64,000 nucleotides of DNA from Chloroflexota bacterium (GTDB taxonomy: Bacteria > Chloroflexota > Limnocylindria > Limnocylindrales > CSP1-4). Within the stretch, counting starts at the first letter, position 1; each line of letters begins with the position of its first letter. The stretch is from positions 715-64,714 of the forward strand of contig JAXLXC010000021.1 in NCBI GenBank assembly GCA_046328155.1, in the 5' to 3' direction. Position numbers and translations under genes: made by a program. Positions 54,704-64,000 of this stretch are shown one piece after another. The notes under the pieces were generated by a model. That model saw only the letters and a list, made by a program, of their open reading frames with translations, had not been told where the DNA came from and searched no databases.

Positions 54704-56316
54704 GACAGTTCCCCCTTCGGTGCTGCGGCCGGCGACCGGCCTGGCGCCATCGATGTCCCGGTGACCGCCGGCGCGGATGCGGCCACCAGGCGTGCCTCCG
54801 TCGCGTCCTCGCGGGCGAGGTCGGCCGTGATCCGGCCCTTGGCCATCACCAGGATCCGGTCGGACATGGCGAGGACCTCCTTGAGCTCGGACGACACGAA
54901 CAGGATCGCGAATCCCTCCTCCGCCAGCCGGCTCATGATCTGGAAGATCTCGGACTTGGCGCCCACGTCGATGCCTCGCGTGGGCTCGTCCATGAGCAGC
55001 ACGCGTGGCTCGGTCAGGAGGGCCTTGGCGACCACCACCTTCTGCTGGTTGCCACCCGAGAGCGAGGTGATGGGGGCGTCGCGTCCGGCGACCCGGATGG
55101 ACAGGTCGCGGATCATCCCGTCGACCGCCGAGCGCTCCTTGCCACGCGCGAGCCAGAACCGCGCGAGGTATCGCTGGAGGCTCGCCAGCACCATGTTCTG
55201 GGCCACGCTGAGCGTGGGCACGAGGGCGTCCGACTTGCGGTCCTCGGGGACCAGCACCACGCCCGCGGCGATGCGTCGCGAGACGTCGTCCACGCGCAGC
55301 GGGGCACCGCCCAGCGACAGGTCGCCGGTGGCCTCCGGTCGGACTCCCGCGATGACCTCCAGCAGCTCGGTCCGCCCCGCGCCCATGAGACCGTAGAAGC
55401 CCAGGATCTCGCCCGCCCGCACCTCGAAGCTCACGTGGTCGACCAGGAAGCCGCCGCCCAGCCGCGGCAGCGTGACGTCCGTGGCCGTGAGCAGGACCTC
55501 GCCCAGCTGGTGCGGGGTCCGCGTGAACAGCGACGCGGGGGCCCGTCCGACCATCTGCTCGATGACCCAGTCGACGTCGATGGCGCGCGCGTCCTCGGTC
55601 GCCACGATTCGGCCGTCCCGAAGCACGGTCACCCGGTCCCCGATGCGCAGCAGCTCGTCGAGCTTGTGTGAGATGTAGACGATGGCCACGCCGTTCGACC
55701 GCAGGTCGTGGATGACCTTGAACAGCCCCTCCACCTCCGCCTGGCTCAGCGCCGAGGTGGGCTCGTCCATGATCAGCACCCGGAGGTCATGGGTCAGCGC
55801 CTTGGCGATCTCCACCACCTGCTGCTGCCCCACGCGCAGGCTGCTCACGAGCGCATCGGGGTCGATGTCCTGCCCCAGACGCGCCAGCAGCTGTCGGGCC
55901 CGCGCCCGCTCCGCCCGTCGGTCGATGGAGCCGCCGCGGGTGACCTCCTGGGCCAGGAACAGGTTGTCCAGGACCGACAGGTTGGGGCACAGGTTGAGCT
56001 CCTGGAAGATGATGCCCACGCCGTGCGCGGCGGCCACCGAGACGCTCGTGAGCTGGACCGGCTGGCCATCCACCAGCACCTGGCCGCCGGTGGGCTGCTC
56101 CACGCCGGCGAGGATCTTCATGAGCGTGGACTTGCCGGCGCCGTTCTCGCCCACCAGCACGTTGACCTTCCCCGCGTGGACGTCGAATGTGACGTCGTCG
56201 AGGGCGGTGGTGCCGGGGAACACCTTGGCCACGTGCTCCGCGCGCAGCGGCACGACCGGGCCGTCGCCCGGTCCGACGGACCCCTCGGCCACGACAGGGG
56301 CGGTCGCGAGCGTCAT
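54700..56316 (-). CDS. Sugar ABC transporter ATP-binding protein (tandem ATPase, RbsA-like)
   Basis: Two cassettes: 'GENGAGKSTL' ... 'LIMDEPTSAL' and 'GLMGAGRTEL' ... 'LSGGNQQKV' ... 'LLMDEPTRGID'. Confidence 0.92.
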   Translation of the reverse strand: MTLATAPVVAEGSVGPGDGPVVPLRAEHVAKVFPGTTALDDVTFDVHAGKVNVLVGENGAGKSTLMKILAGVEQPTGGQVLVDGQPVQLTSVSVAAAHGVGIIFQELNLCPNLSVLDNLFLAQEVTRGGSIDRRAERARARQLLARLGQDIDPDALVSSLRVGQQQVVEIAKALTHDLRVLIMDEPTSALSQAEVEGLFKVIHDLRSNGVAIVYISHKLDELLRIGDRVTVLRDGRIVATEDARAIDVDWVIEQMVGRAPASLFTRTPHQLGEVLLTATDVTLPRLGGGFLVDHVSFEVRAGEILGFYGLMGAGRTELLEVIAGVRPEATGDLSLGGAPLRVDDVSRRIAAGVVLVPEDRKSDALVPTLSVAQNMVLASLQRYLARFWLARGKERSAVDGMIRDLSIRVAGRDAPITSLSGGNQQKVVVAKALLTEPRVLLMDEPTRGIDVGAKSEIFQIMSRLAEEGFAILFVSSELKEVLAMSDRILVMAKGRITADLAREDATEARLVAASAPAVTGTSMAPGRSPAAAPKGELS

Positions 56317-57020
56317 GACGCCGCGAGCTCCACGGGCACCAGGGTGATGGTGCCCACGTCGATCTGAGGCTGGTTGAAGGTGCGCAGCGTGAAGGCGCCC
56401 GTCACCGCCACCTGCGTGCCCAGCAGCGACTGGGCCGCCTCGCCGGCCACACCGGACGCCTCGAGCCCGCTCACCACCCGCTTGTTGATCTCGGAGCCCA
56501 CCTTGCCGTACTCGGTCTGGTCCTTGAAGTCGCCGAACTCGATGAAGCCGGCCGCATCGCGGATCGAGGACTCGTCGCTGGGGAGCCGCGTCCCCACGTA
56601 CACCCGGACCTTGATGGGCCCGTCGTAGCCGTCGACCGTCAGGCCCAGGGTGCCCTTGCTCGACGTGGTGTCCACGTCGGTCACGGTGCCCGTGGCCTTG
56701 ACCGGGAACACCAACGCCTCGCCGGTGGTCACGATGCCCAGCTCCTGGGCGACGGGCAGCAGCTCCGCCTTGGCGGCCTTGCCGGAGGCGTCGGGGGCGA
56801 TCCGGTTGAGCACGTCCGACAGCGGCACCGCCTCCTCCGTGATGGCCGTCGTGACGTCATCCCACACGCCATCCACGTAGGACACCGGGTCGAACCCGAC
56901 CCGGGAGGCTGCCTCCTGCTCGGTCGACACCACGGTGAACCCGAACAGCACCGCGACCACGACGAGGATCGCGACGCCGACGCCGGCCACGACCCGCGCC
57001 GTCGATGGTCGCCGACTCAT
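56313..57020 (-). CDS. DUF2291-like membrane-anchored/lipoprotein accessory protein of sugar ABC systems
   Basis: N-terminal anchor 'VVAGVGVAILVVVAVLFGF'. Position immediately upstream of an RbsA-like ATPase, with ATGA overlaps on both sides. Confidence 0.6.
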   Translation of the reverse strand: MSRRPSTARVVAGVGVAILVVVAVLFGFTVVSTEQEAASRVGFDPVSYVDGVWDDVTTAITEEAVPLSDVLNRIAPDASGKAAKAELLPVAQELGIVTTGEALVFPVKATGTVTDVDTTSSKGTLGLTVDGYDGPIKVRVYVGTRLPSDESSIRDAAGFIEFGDFKDQTEYGKVGSEINKRVVSGLEASGVAGEAAQSLLGTQVAVTGAFTLRTFNQPQIDVGTITLVPVELAAS

Positions 57021-58018
57021 GACGCCTCCTTCCCCACGGGTTGCTGCACGCGGCCGTTCCCCTCGGGGATGGAGAGCAGCCGCTCGGCCGTGAACCGGTC
57101 GGTGATGAGGCAGTTGACCCAGCGTCCGAGCAGCGCGGCGCGGATGGCGAGGACCTTCGAGGGACCGCCCGCGACGCCGATCGCGCGTGGCACCCGGCGG
57201 AGCTGCTCCAGCTCGATGCCGATGACCCGACCGTCAAGCGGGGTGTCCACCGGCCGGCCATCGGCGGCCAGGTAGCGCAGCCCGATGTCGCCCACGCCAC
57301 CCGTGTCACGCACGGTGGCCAGCTCGTCGGCGGAGAACACGTTGCCCGAGCTGGCGAGGAGGCCCGAGGGCTGGAGCCCGCCGACGCCCACCAGCGCCAC
57401 GGAGAGCTGGTCGAAGAGCGCCGTGGCGCGTCGCACGAAGGGCTCGGCCAGGAGCACCCGACGGGCCTGGGGGGTGCTGACGCTGCTGGGCGCGGGCAGG
57501 AAGGTGGCCTCGGCGTCCAGCAGGGCCGCCAGCCGGCGCACCAGGTGCGTGGCGTGCCCCTCCGCGGCGGGGTCGCCGCCACCGCCCAGGATCTGGACCA
57601 CGCGCACGTCCCGGAGGCCGTGCACCGGGTGCATCGCGTCCACCATCGCGAGCAGCGTCGCGCTCCACGACGAGACGCCGATGACGTCCCCGGGCCGCAC
57701 GGTCTGCTCCAGATGGAACGCGGCCGCGACGCCCAGCTCGCGGTTGATCCGGTCCGGGTCGTCGGAGCTGACGTCGACGACCTCGGCGTCCTGGAGGCCG
57801 AACCGCTCCTCGAGCGCCAGCTCGAGGTCGGGGTGGGTCCCCGTGGGGGCGCGCACGGTGATTCGCACGATGCCCTCGTCCTGCGCCTGGCGCAGCAGCC
57901 GCGACACCTTGGGCTGCGACAGCCGCAGCCGCATCGCGATCTCGGGCTGCTTGACGCCCGACTCGTAGTACAGCCGCGCCACGCGGGCCATCAGCCGGAG
58001 CTCGTCGACGCGTGCCAT
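57017..58018 (-). CDS. SorC/DeoR-family sugar-binding transcriptional regulator
   Basis: 'LMARVARLYYESGVKQPEIAMRLRLSQPKVSRLLRQAQDEGIVRI' HTH, followed by a sugar-phosphate-binding domain. Confidence 0.85.
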   Translation of the reverse strand: MARVDELRLMARVARLYYESGVKQPEIAMRLRLSQPKVSRLLRQAQDEGIVRITVRAPTGTHPDLELALEERFGLQDAEVVDVSSDDPDRINRELGVAAAFHLEQTVRPGDVIGVSSWSATLLAMVDAMHPVHGLRDVRVVQILGGGGDPAAEGHATHLVRRLAALLDAEATFLPAPSSVSTPQARRVLLAEPFVRRATALFDQLSVALVGVGGLQPSGLLASSGNVFSADELATVRDTGGVGDIGLRYLAADGRPVDTPLDGRVIGIELEQLRRVPRAIGVAGGPSKVLAIRAALLGRWVNCLITDRFTAERLLSIPEGNGRVQQPVGKEAS

Positions 58019-58019
58019 C

Positions 58020-59546
58020 TCAGGCCGCCAGCCGCCCGGCGCTCCGCCGGACCGCCACACGCCACCCGGCGTAGCCGTCGGCGGCGGCATCGACCGGGCG
58101 GGGCTCCACGCGGTCGTGGACCCGGGCGAGCGCGCGGACCTCGTCGACCGACGTCCACGTGCCGGTCGCCAACCCGGCCAGGTACGCGGCACCCATGGCA
58201 GCGAGGCTCTCGGCGCGGTCCCTGACGACGGGCAGCCCGGTGACGTCCGCGGTGACGTGCGCCAGCAGGTCGCCGCGCATCGCGCCCCCGTCGGCGTACA
58301 GCGCGCTGAGCGGCGTGTCCACGGCAGGGCCCAGCGCCTCCAGCACGTCGCGCACCTGGTAGGCGACCGCGTCGAACGCGGCCCGGGCGAGGTGCGCCGG
58401 GCCGGTGCCGCGGGTGATGCCACACACGAGGCCCCGCGCATCGGCGTCCCAGTGGGGCGCCCCGAGGCCGGTGAACGCGGGCACCAGGTAGGCGCCCGCC
58501 GCGTCGGGCACGGAGCCCGCCAGCTCGTCCAGCTCCGATTCCCGGCCCTCGCGGCCGATGAGCGTGGCGACCCACGCGATGGCGGCGCCGGTGGCCGTGA
58601 TGTTGCCCTCCAAGGCGGGCACCCAGGCGATGGGCCCCGGCTCACCCGCTGGCCCGCCCGGAGCCTCCGTGGACCAGGCGACCGTCGCGGACAGCCGCGG
58701 GTCGCGGGTCGGCTGCGCGAGCGGCGCCATCACGGAGGTGCCGGTGCCGAACGTGGCCTTGACGGCGCCGGGGGCCGGGAACCCGTGGCCCACCAACGCC
58801 GCGTGCGAGTCGCCGACGACCGCGGCGATGGGGACGCCCGCGGGCAGACCGCCGACCGCCCGCGTCTCGCCCACGACGGCGCTCGACCCCCGGATCGCCG
58901 GCAGCGCGGCCCGCGGGACCCCGAACAGCGCCAGCAGCTCATCGTCCCAGGCCAGCCGGTCGAGGTCCAGCAGCAGGGTGCGCGAGGCGTTGGTGGCGTC
59001 GGTCACGAAGACGCCGCCGCCCGACAGGTTCCAGACCAGCCACGCGTCGACGGTGCCCACACACAGCTCGCCCTGCCCGGCTCGCGCGGCACCGTCGGGG
59101 ACCTGGTCCAGCAGCCAGCGTGCCTTGGTCGCGGAGAACATCGGATCCAGCGCGAGGCCCGTCCGCGCGAGCACCAGGGCCTCGGTGGACTCCCCGCGGA
59201 GCCGGTCGCACAGCTCCGAGCTGCGCCGGCACTGCCAGCTGACCACGGGTCCCAGCGGACGCCCGGTCGCGCGCTCCCAGAGCAGGACCGACTCGCGCTG
59301 GTTCGCGATCGCGACGGCCGCCACCCGCGAGCCGGCACCGGCGCCCACGCCTGCGACGCAGGCCTCGATGACGTCCTCCACGGTGGCCCACAGCGCCCTG
59401 GCGTCGCTCTCCACCCAGCCGGGGCGCGGGAAGTCGACGGGCACCCGGGTGGCCGCCGAGGCGATCACCTGCCCCGCCCGGTCCACGAGGCAGGCCTTGG
59501 TGTTGGTCGTCCCCTGGTCGATGGCCAGGACGAGGTCGGGCGTCAT
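58020..59546 (-). CDS. FGGY-family carbohydrate kinase (glycerol-kinase-like)
   Basis: 'LAIDQGTTNTKACL', 'GWVESDA', 'NQRESVLLW', 'GTGTSVM', 'ADGGAM'. Confidence 0.88.
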   Translation of the reverse strand: MTPDLVLAIDQGTTNTKACLVDRAGQVIASAATRVPVDFPRPGWVESDARALWATVEDVIEACVAGVGAGAGSRVAAVAIANQRESVLLWERATGRPLGPVVSWQCRRSSELCDRLRGESTEALVLARTGLALDPMFSATKARWLLDQVPDGAARAGQGELCVGTVDAWLVWNLSGGGVFVTDATNASRTLLLDLDRLAWDDELLALFGVPRAALPAIRGSSAVVGETRAVGGLPAGVPIAAVVGDSHAALVGHGFPAPGAVKATFGTGTSVMAPLAQPTRDPRLSATVAWSTEAPGGPAGEPGPIAWVPALEGNITATGAAIAWVATLIGREGRESELDELAGSVPDAAGAYLVPAFTGLGAPHWDADARGLVCGITRGTGPAHLARAAFDAVAYQVRDVLEALGPAVDTPLSALYADGGAMRGDLLAHVTADVTGLPVVRDRAESLAAMGAAYLAGLATGTWTSVDEVRALARVHDRVEPRPVDAAADGYAGWRVAVRRSAGRLAA

Positions 59547-59548
59547 GG

Positions 59549-60499
59549 TCAGCCGCGCACGACGGCGAGGGCCGCGTCGCGGATGCCCGCCGCGGAGAGA
59601 CCCGCATGGTCGAGCAGGAACTCCGCGGAGCCGGTGGGCGCGAAGCCCGGGAACCCCAGGATGCGCATGGGCACCGGATGGTGCGCCACGACCACCTCCG
59701 CGACGGCGCCGCCCAGGCCACCCCGGACGGTGTGCTCCTCGGCGGTCACGATGCCACCGGTCGTGCGTGCCGCGTCCACGATGGCCTCCACGTCGATGGG
59801 GCTCGCCGTGGCCATGTCCAGGACCCGCGCCGAGACCCCCTCGCCATCCAGCAGCTCGGCCGCCGCCAGCGCCCGATGGACCATCACGCCGTTGGCGATG
59901 AGCGTGACGTCCGTGCCCTGGCGCAGGGTCGCCGCCCGCCCGAACCGGAGGCGGTAGTCGGGCGCATGGACCGCTGGCACCGGCATGCGGCTGGTGCGCA
60001 CGAACACGGGCCCGGGCGTGGCATGCGCCAGACGGATCGCCGCCGCGGTGTCGATGGGGTCGGCCGGCACGACCACCGTCAGGTCCGCGATGGCCCGGGT
60101 CCAGGCGACGTCCTCGATGGAGTGGTGGGTGGGCCCCAGCTCGCCATAGGCGACCCCCGAGCTGACGCCGACCAACTTGACGTTGGCGCGCGAGTAGGCG
60201 GCATCGACCTTGATCTGCTCCAGGGCCCGGCCCGTGAGGAACGGCGACGCGGCGCACACGAACGGGATCCGCCCGCCGTTGGCGAGGCCGGCACCGACGC
60301 CCACCAGATCCTGCTCCGCGATGCCCACGTTGATGACCCGGTCGGGGAAGTGCGTGCGCACGATGCTGACCTTGGTCGAGCCGACCGAGTCGTTGACGAC
60401 CACGATGACCCGCGGGTCCTCGCGCACGAGGTCGAGCAGCGTCTCCGCGAACGCGTCACGGCAGTCGTACAGGGTGGTCATGTCCAGCGTCGCGGTCAT
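59549..60499 (-). CDS. Transketolase-family protein, C-terminal (pyrimidine-binding) subunit
   Basis: 'RVINVGIAEQDLVGVGAGLA', 'GPTHHSIEDVA', 'VVVPADP'. Confidence 0.88.
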   Translation of the reverse strand: MTATLDMTTLYDCRDAFAETLLDLVREDPRVIVVVNDSVGSTKVSIVRTHFPDRVINVGIAEQDLVGVGAGLANGGRIPFVCAASPFLTGRALEQIKVDAAYSRANVKLVGVSSGVAYGELGPTHHSIEDVAWTRAIADLTVVVPADPIDTAAAIRLAHATPGPVFVRTSRMPVPAVHAPDYRLRFGRAATLRQGTDVTLIANGVMVHRALAAAELLDGEGVSARVLDMATASPIDVEAIVDAARTTGGIVTAEEHTVRGGLGGAVAEVVVAHHPVPMRILGFPGFAPTGSAEFLLDHAGLSAAGIRDAALAVVRG

Positions 60500-61363
60500 G
60501 CCGCGGCTCCCAGCCGGTCGAGCTCGGCCTCGAGCTCCGCGGTCGCGCGCCGGAACTCGTCGTCCGTGGGCACGTGGTGATGCCATGCCACCTGGTCGCT
60601 CATGAAGGACACCCCGTGGCCCTTGTGGGTGTGGGCGATGACGCAGCTGGGCCTGTCGGGCTCGAAGGGCGTGGCCCGCAGCGTGGCCAGGAGCGCGGCA
60701 TGATCGTGGCCGTCGACCTCGCGGACGCTCCAGCCGAAGGCGCGCCACTTGTCCGCGAGCGGCTCCAGGCTCATGGTCGACTCGGTCGTGTCGCCCTGCT
60801 GGAGCCCGTTGCGGTCCACGATGACGGTGAGGCTGTCGAGGCCGTAGTGGTGGGCCGCCATCGCCGCCTCCCACATCGAGCCCTCCTGGAGCTCGCCGTC
60901 CCCGGTCAGCACGTAGGTGCGCCGGTCGGAGCCGTCGAGCTTGGCCGACAGCGCGATGCCCACCGCGACCGGGAAGCCGTGGCCCAGGGGGCCCGTGTTC
61001 GTCTCCACGCCCGGCACCTTGTTGCGGTCCGGATGGCCGTTGAGCCGGGACAGCGGCGCCATGAACGTGGACAGCTCGGCCGGGTCGAAGTAGCCGGCCT
61101 CGGCGAGCGTGGTGTACAGGGCCGCCGCGCCGTGGCCCTTGCTCAGCACGAACCGGTCGCGCCCCGGGTCGTCCGGGCGCGCGGGGTCGTGGCGCAGGAC
61201 GCCGAAGTAGAGCGTGGTCAGGATGTCGATGGCGCTGAACTCGCCCCGGGATGCCCAGGCCGGCCTCGTGGACCATGCGCAGGTCCCGCAGCCGGATGCG
61301 CGTCGCGCGGCGCCCGCAGCCAGCCTGGTCGGCGCTCACGGCCGTGGCCGTCTCGCTGGTCAT
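60496..61363 (-). CDS. Transketolase-family protein, N-terminal (TPP-binding) subunit; frame interrupted near 61245
   Basis: 'RIRLRDLRMVHEAGLGIPG' is in the ATG frame. 'EFSAIDILTTLYFGV...VLSKGHGAAALY...GPLGHGF...LTGDGELQEG' is in the frame of ORF 60496-61149. The span length is not a multiple of 3. Confidence 0.8.
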
Positions 61364-62387
61364 CGGTCCGCCCCCTCCGCCGCGCTCGAGGCGCCCGCGC
61401 CGACCATCTCGCGGAGGACGATTACCCACCAGGCCGCCAGGGCGTCCTGCCGCTCCTGCGCGTCCTTGAGGGCGCTCGCGTCGATGCGGTCGAGCATCCG
61501 CTCCATGCCCTCGATGGCCTGGAGGGACAGGGTGGCCGCGCCGACGGGGTCCTCCCGGAACGGGAACTGGTCGAGCAGCACCGGCCGGTCCCAGCCGATC
61601 TGGCGGAGCCCCCACAGGAACTCGAGGGTCTCCACCGGGTGGACCGAGCCCACCACCATGTCGTCGTCCCACTCGCGCAGGTTGTCGTTGACCTCGACGC
61701 TCACCAGGCGGCCGCGCCGATGCACCAGCTGGAGCACGTCGGCGGGCGTCTCGCTTGGCGAACAGGGGTGGCCCATGTCGAGCACGATGCCCAGGTTCGC
61801 GGCGCCGATGTCCTCGATGCCCAGCAGCGTCCGCGCCGCGGTGCTGAAGGCCATGTGGTTGCGTGGCTCCTTGAGCTTGTACTCGATGGCGAACTGGCGC
61901 TCGGCGCCGACTCCACCACCACCACCGCACGCCATCCAGCTGGAGGTCCACAGACGGGCGTGTTCGGCCTGGAAGAGGTAGTCGTGGCCGTCCTGGCCCG
62001 GCCAGAACTTGAGGTACGACGCATCGAGCTCGTCCGCCACCTCGATGCCTTGCACAGGTCGACGGCCGCCTGGCGGACCGCGGGGTCGGGGTTGGTGAAC
62101 GAGCGCGAGCAGCGCATGAACGTGGGGCGTGATGGCGATGGCCCGGATGCCGGTCCTTTCGAGGCCTGCTCGCCGATCCTGCCGGTCGTCCGGCGAGTTG
62201 AAGGGGTAGTTGACATCGAGCCACCGGAGGCCGGGCACCTGGGCGGCCTTCTCGATAGCCTGCGCGCGGAGACCGGCGACCCACATGCGCATCGAGACGC
62301 GTATCGATCGACGAACTGCCCGAACAGCCAGATCAGCGCCAGCGCTCGTGCCGTGCCGCGCTCTGCATGGCCGACCCGAAGTCGCAT
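61360..62387 (-). CDS. Xylose-isomerase-like TIM-barrel sugar (phosphate) isomerase/epimerase; frame interrupted at least three times
   Basis: ATG 62387 follows GGAGGACC. Segments 'LFGQFVDRY', 'AIEKAAQVPGLRWLDVNYPF', 'SFTNPDPAVRQAAVDLCKA' and 'IEVADELDASYLKFWPGQDGHDYLFQ...FAIEYKLKEPRNH...NDNLREWDDDM' lie in two alternating frames. Confidence 0.7.
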
Positions 62388-62499
62388 GGTCCTCCAGGCG
62401 AGGTACGATGCGCGCCGGGACGGTGTCAACCGGGTTGCGCTGGGCGGGAGGACTCGTGGCGTCGCCTGGGTGTCGGGGCCACCGGTACACTGCCGGGCC

Positions 62500-64000
62500 A
62501 TGGCGGACTTTCCCGATCCGAGCACGTTCGCATCGCTCGTGGACCTGCTCGATGACGTCGCGCAGCGCTATCCCCACGACCGGCCCACGCTCAGCCTGCG
62601 CACCGACGAGGGCACCAGCCACGCGTGGTCCGCGGCGGAGCTGCGTCGGCGGTCCCGGCTCGCCGCCTGGCGGTTGCGCGCCATGGGTGTCGCGCCCGGC
62701 GACCGCGTGCTGACGTGGAGCCCCTCCACCCCGGCGCTGCCCGCCGTGTTCTGGGGCGCCTCGATCGCCGGTGCGGTGCTGGTGCCGCTCGACCTGCGGA
62801 TGTCGCCGGCGGTGCTCCAACGGATCGCTGGCCGGTCGGGTGCCCATGTGCTGGCGGTCGGCACGGGCGTGGACGCGCCGGATCCCGCGGCGGCCGGCCT
62901 CGCCGACCTCGAGCTCCAGCTGGCCAGCGTCGACGAGCTGACCGCCGACCCGGTCCAGGACGACCGGACCTTCCCGGCCGGGTGGGAGGCCCACCTGGAC
63001 GCCTGGCCCAGGCCCACCCGGGACAGCCTGTTCGAGGTCATCTACACCTCGGGCACGACGTCGCATCCCAAGGGCGTGATGCTGACCCACGGCAACATGC
63101 TCGAGACGGTCGGCGTGTGCGTCCGGCTGGTGCCGCCCCGAGAGCATCGGCTGGTCTCGCTGCTGCCACTGTCGCATCTGTTCGAGCAGGCACCGGTCCT
63201 GCTCTACGGGACCCTGGTGGGAGCCCAGGTGCTGTACGTCCGGTCGCGCAACCCGCGGATCATCTTCGAGTCGCTCCGGGAGCTGCGGGTGACCACGATG
63301 GTCGTGACGCCACAGCTGCTGGAGATCTTCTGGACCGCCATCACCCGCGAGGTCGACCGACAGGGCAAGACGGCCACCTTCGAGCGCGCGCGGCGCATGG
63401 CACGCCGCCTGCCCATGGCCGCCCGGCGGCTCCTGTTCCGCTCCGTCCATCGGCAGTTGGGTGGCTCGCTCACGCTGCTGGTCTCGGCGGGCGCGTATCT
63501 GCCACCCGACCTCCAGGTCGCCTGGGAGGACCTGGGCATCGTGGTGCTCCAGGGATACGGCGCCACCGAGTGCGGGCCGGCCGCCGGCAACAGCGAGCGG
63601 GAGCATCCGACCGGGATCGTGGGCCGGACGCTCCCGCCGGTGCAGGTGCGGCTGGCGCCCGAGACCTCGGAGATCCTGGTCGGCGGGCCCACGGTGACCC
63701 CGGGCTACTGGGGCGACCCGGAAGCGACCGCCGAGGCCATCGACGAGGACGGCTGGTACCACACCGGCGACATCGGCCGGTTCGACGAGCAGGGCCGGCT
63801 GGTGCTCTCCGGTCGGAGCAAGAACATCATCGTGCTGCCCAACGGGCTCAACGTGTACCCGGAGGACATCGAGGGGGTCCTCGCCGACCACGGCATCAGC
63901 CAGTCGGTGGTGCTGGAGACGGCGCCCGGGCGGATCGAGGCGGTGGTCCTGCCACCGGGCACGATGCCCATCGTGGCCCCGGGGCGCGGCGGTCAGGAGG
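62500..64000 (+). CDS. AMP-dependent synthetase/ligase (long-chain acyl-CoA synthetase-like); 3' end outside the window
   Basis: Own translation from ATG 62500; the frame is open to the window end. 'IYTSGTTSHPKGVMLTH' AMP motif, 'GYGATECG', 'GWYHTGDIG', 'SGRSKNIIVLPNG'. It is not in the supplied ORF track because there is no in-window stop. Confidence 0.85.
   Translation, partial: MADFPDPSTFASLVDLLDDVAQRYPHDRPTLSLRTDEGTSHAWSAAELRRRSRLAAWRLRAMGVAPGDRVLTWSPSTPALPAVFWGASIAGAVLVPLDLRMSPAVLQRIAGRSGAHVLAVGTGVDAPDPAAAGLADLELQLASVDELTADPVQDDRTFPAGWEAHLDAWPRPTRDSLFEVIYTSGTTSHPKGVMLTHGNMLETVGVCVRLVPPREHRLVSLLPLSHLFEQAPVLLYGTLVGAQVLYVRSRNPRIIFESLRELRVTTMVVTPQLLEIFWTAITREVDRQGKTATFERARRMARRLPMAARRLLFRSVHRQLGGSLTLLVSAGAYLPPDLQVAWEDLGIVVLQGYGATECGPAAGNSEREHPTGIVGRTLPPVQVRLAPETSEILVGGPTVTPGYWGDPEATAEAIDEDGWYHTGDIGRFDEQGRLVLSGRSKNIIVLPNGLNVYPEDIEGVLADHGISQSVVLETAPGRIEAVVLPPGTMPIVAPGRGGQE

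Overview
High-GC (roughly 70%) bacterial chromosomal segment, densely coding and mostly housekeeping. The gene content is consistent with an actinobacterial or Chloroflexi-like lineage, but I cannot assign taxonomy from sequence alone. Recognisable blocks, left to right:
- comEA-comEC-(HD hydrolase)-holA.
- A minus-strand run rho / obg / nadD / rsfS.
- An AlkZ-like protein, a methyltransferase, an F420-type LLM oxidoreductase and a transaldolase-family aldolase.
- A Tat-exported molybdopterin oxidoreductase with an FeS subunit and an NrfD anchor.
- pyrG and serA.
- A long minus-strand array: beta-helix membrane protein, ABC-2 exporter, duplicated-domain protein, micro membrane protein, HAD phosphatase, BNR propeller, MoaD-like Ubl.
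- mfd-pth.
- A ferric-reductase-like/ApbE cluster divergent from an OmpR/HK two-component system.
- rpsU-yqeY-pgpH-(secreted propeller)-ybeY.
- An ECF sigma factor with a membrane-anchored propeller.
- A 10-gene translationally coupled sugar locus: isomerase, split transketolase, FGGY kinase, SorC regulator, DUF2291, ribose-type ABC transporter.
- The 5' part of an acyl-CoA synthetase that runs off the right edge and is absent from the supplied ORF track.

I saw no rRNA, tRNA, CRISPR array, transposase or integrase.

Two general caveats apply. Long antisense shadow ORFs are abundant, as expected at this GC content. Several well-conserved genes (mfd, a MoaD-like gene, a flavoprotein disulfide oxidoreductase, the transketolase N subunit, a sugar isomerase) can only be read by switching frame, usually at G/C runs. 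This is either indel error in the assembly or real gene decay.

The noteworthy non-coding structure comprises a 240-bp G-rich 12-13-nt tandem array, a 17-bp perfect inverted repeat pair 181 bp apart, a 17-nt perfect direct repeat, and a 710-bp gene-free repeat-rich spacer.

All functional calls come from by-eye motif recognition. No database search was run.
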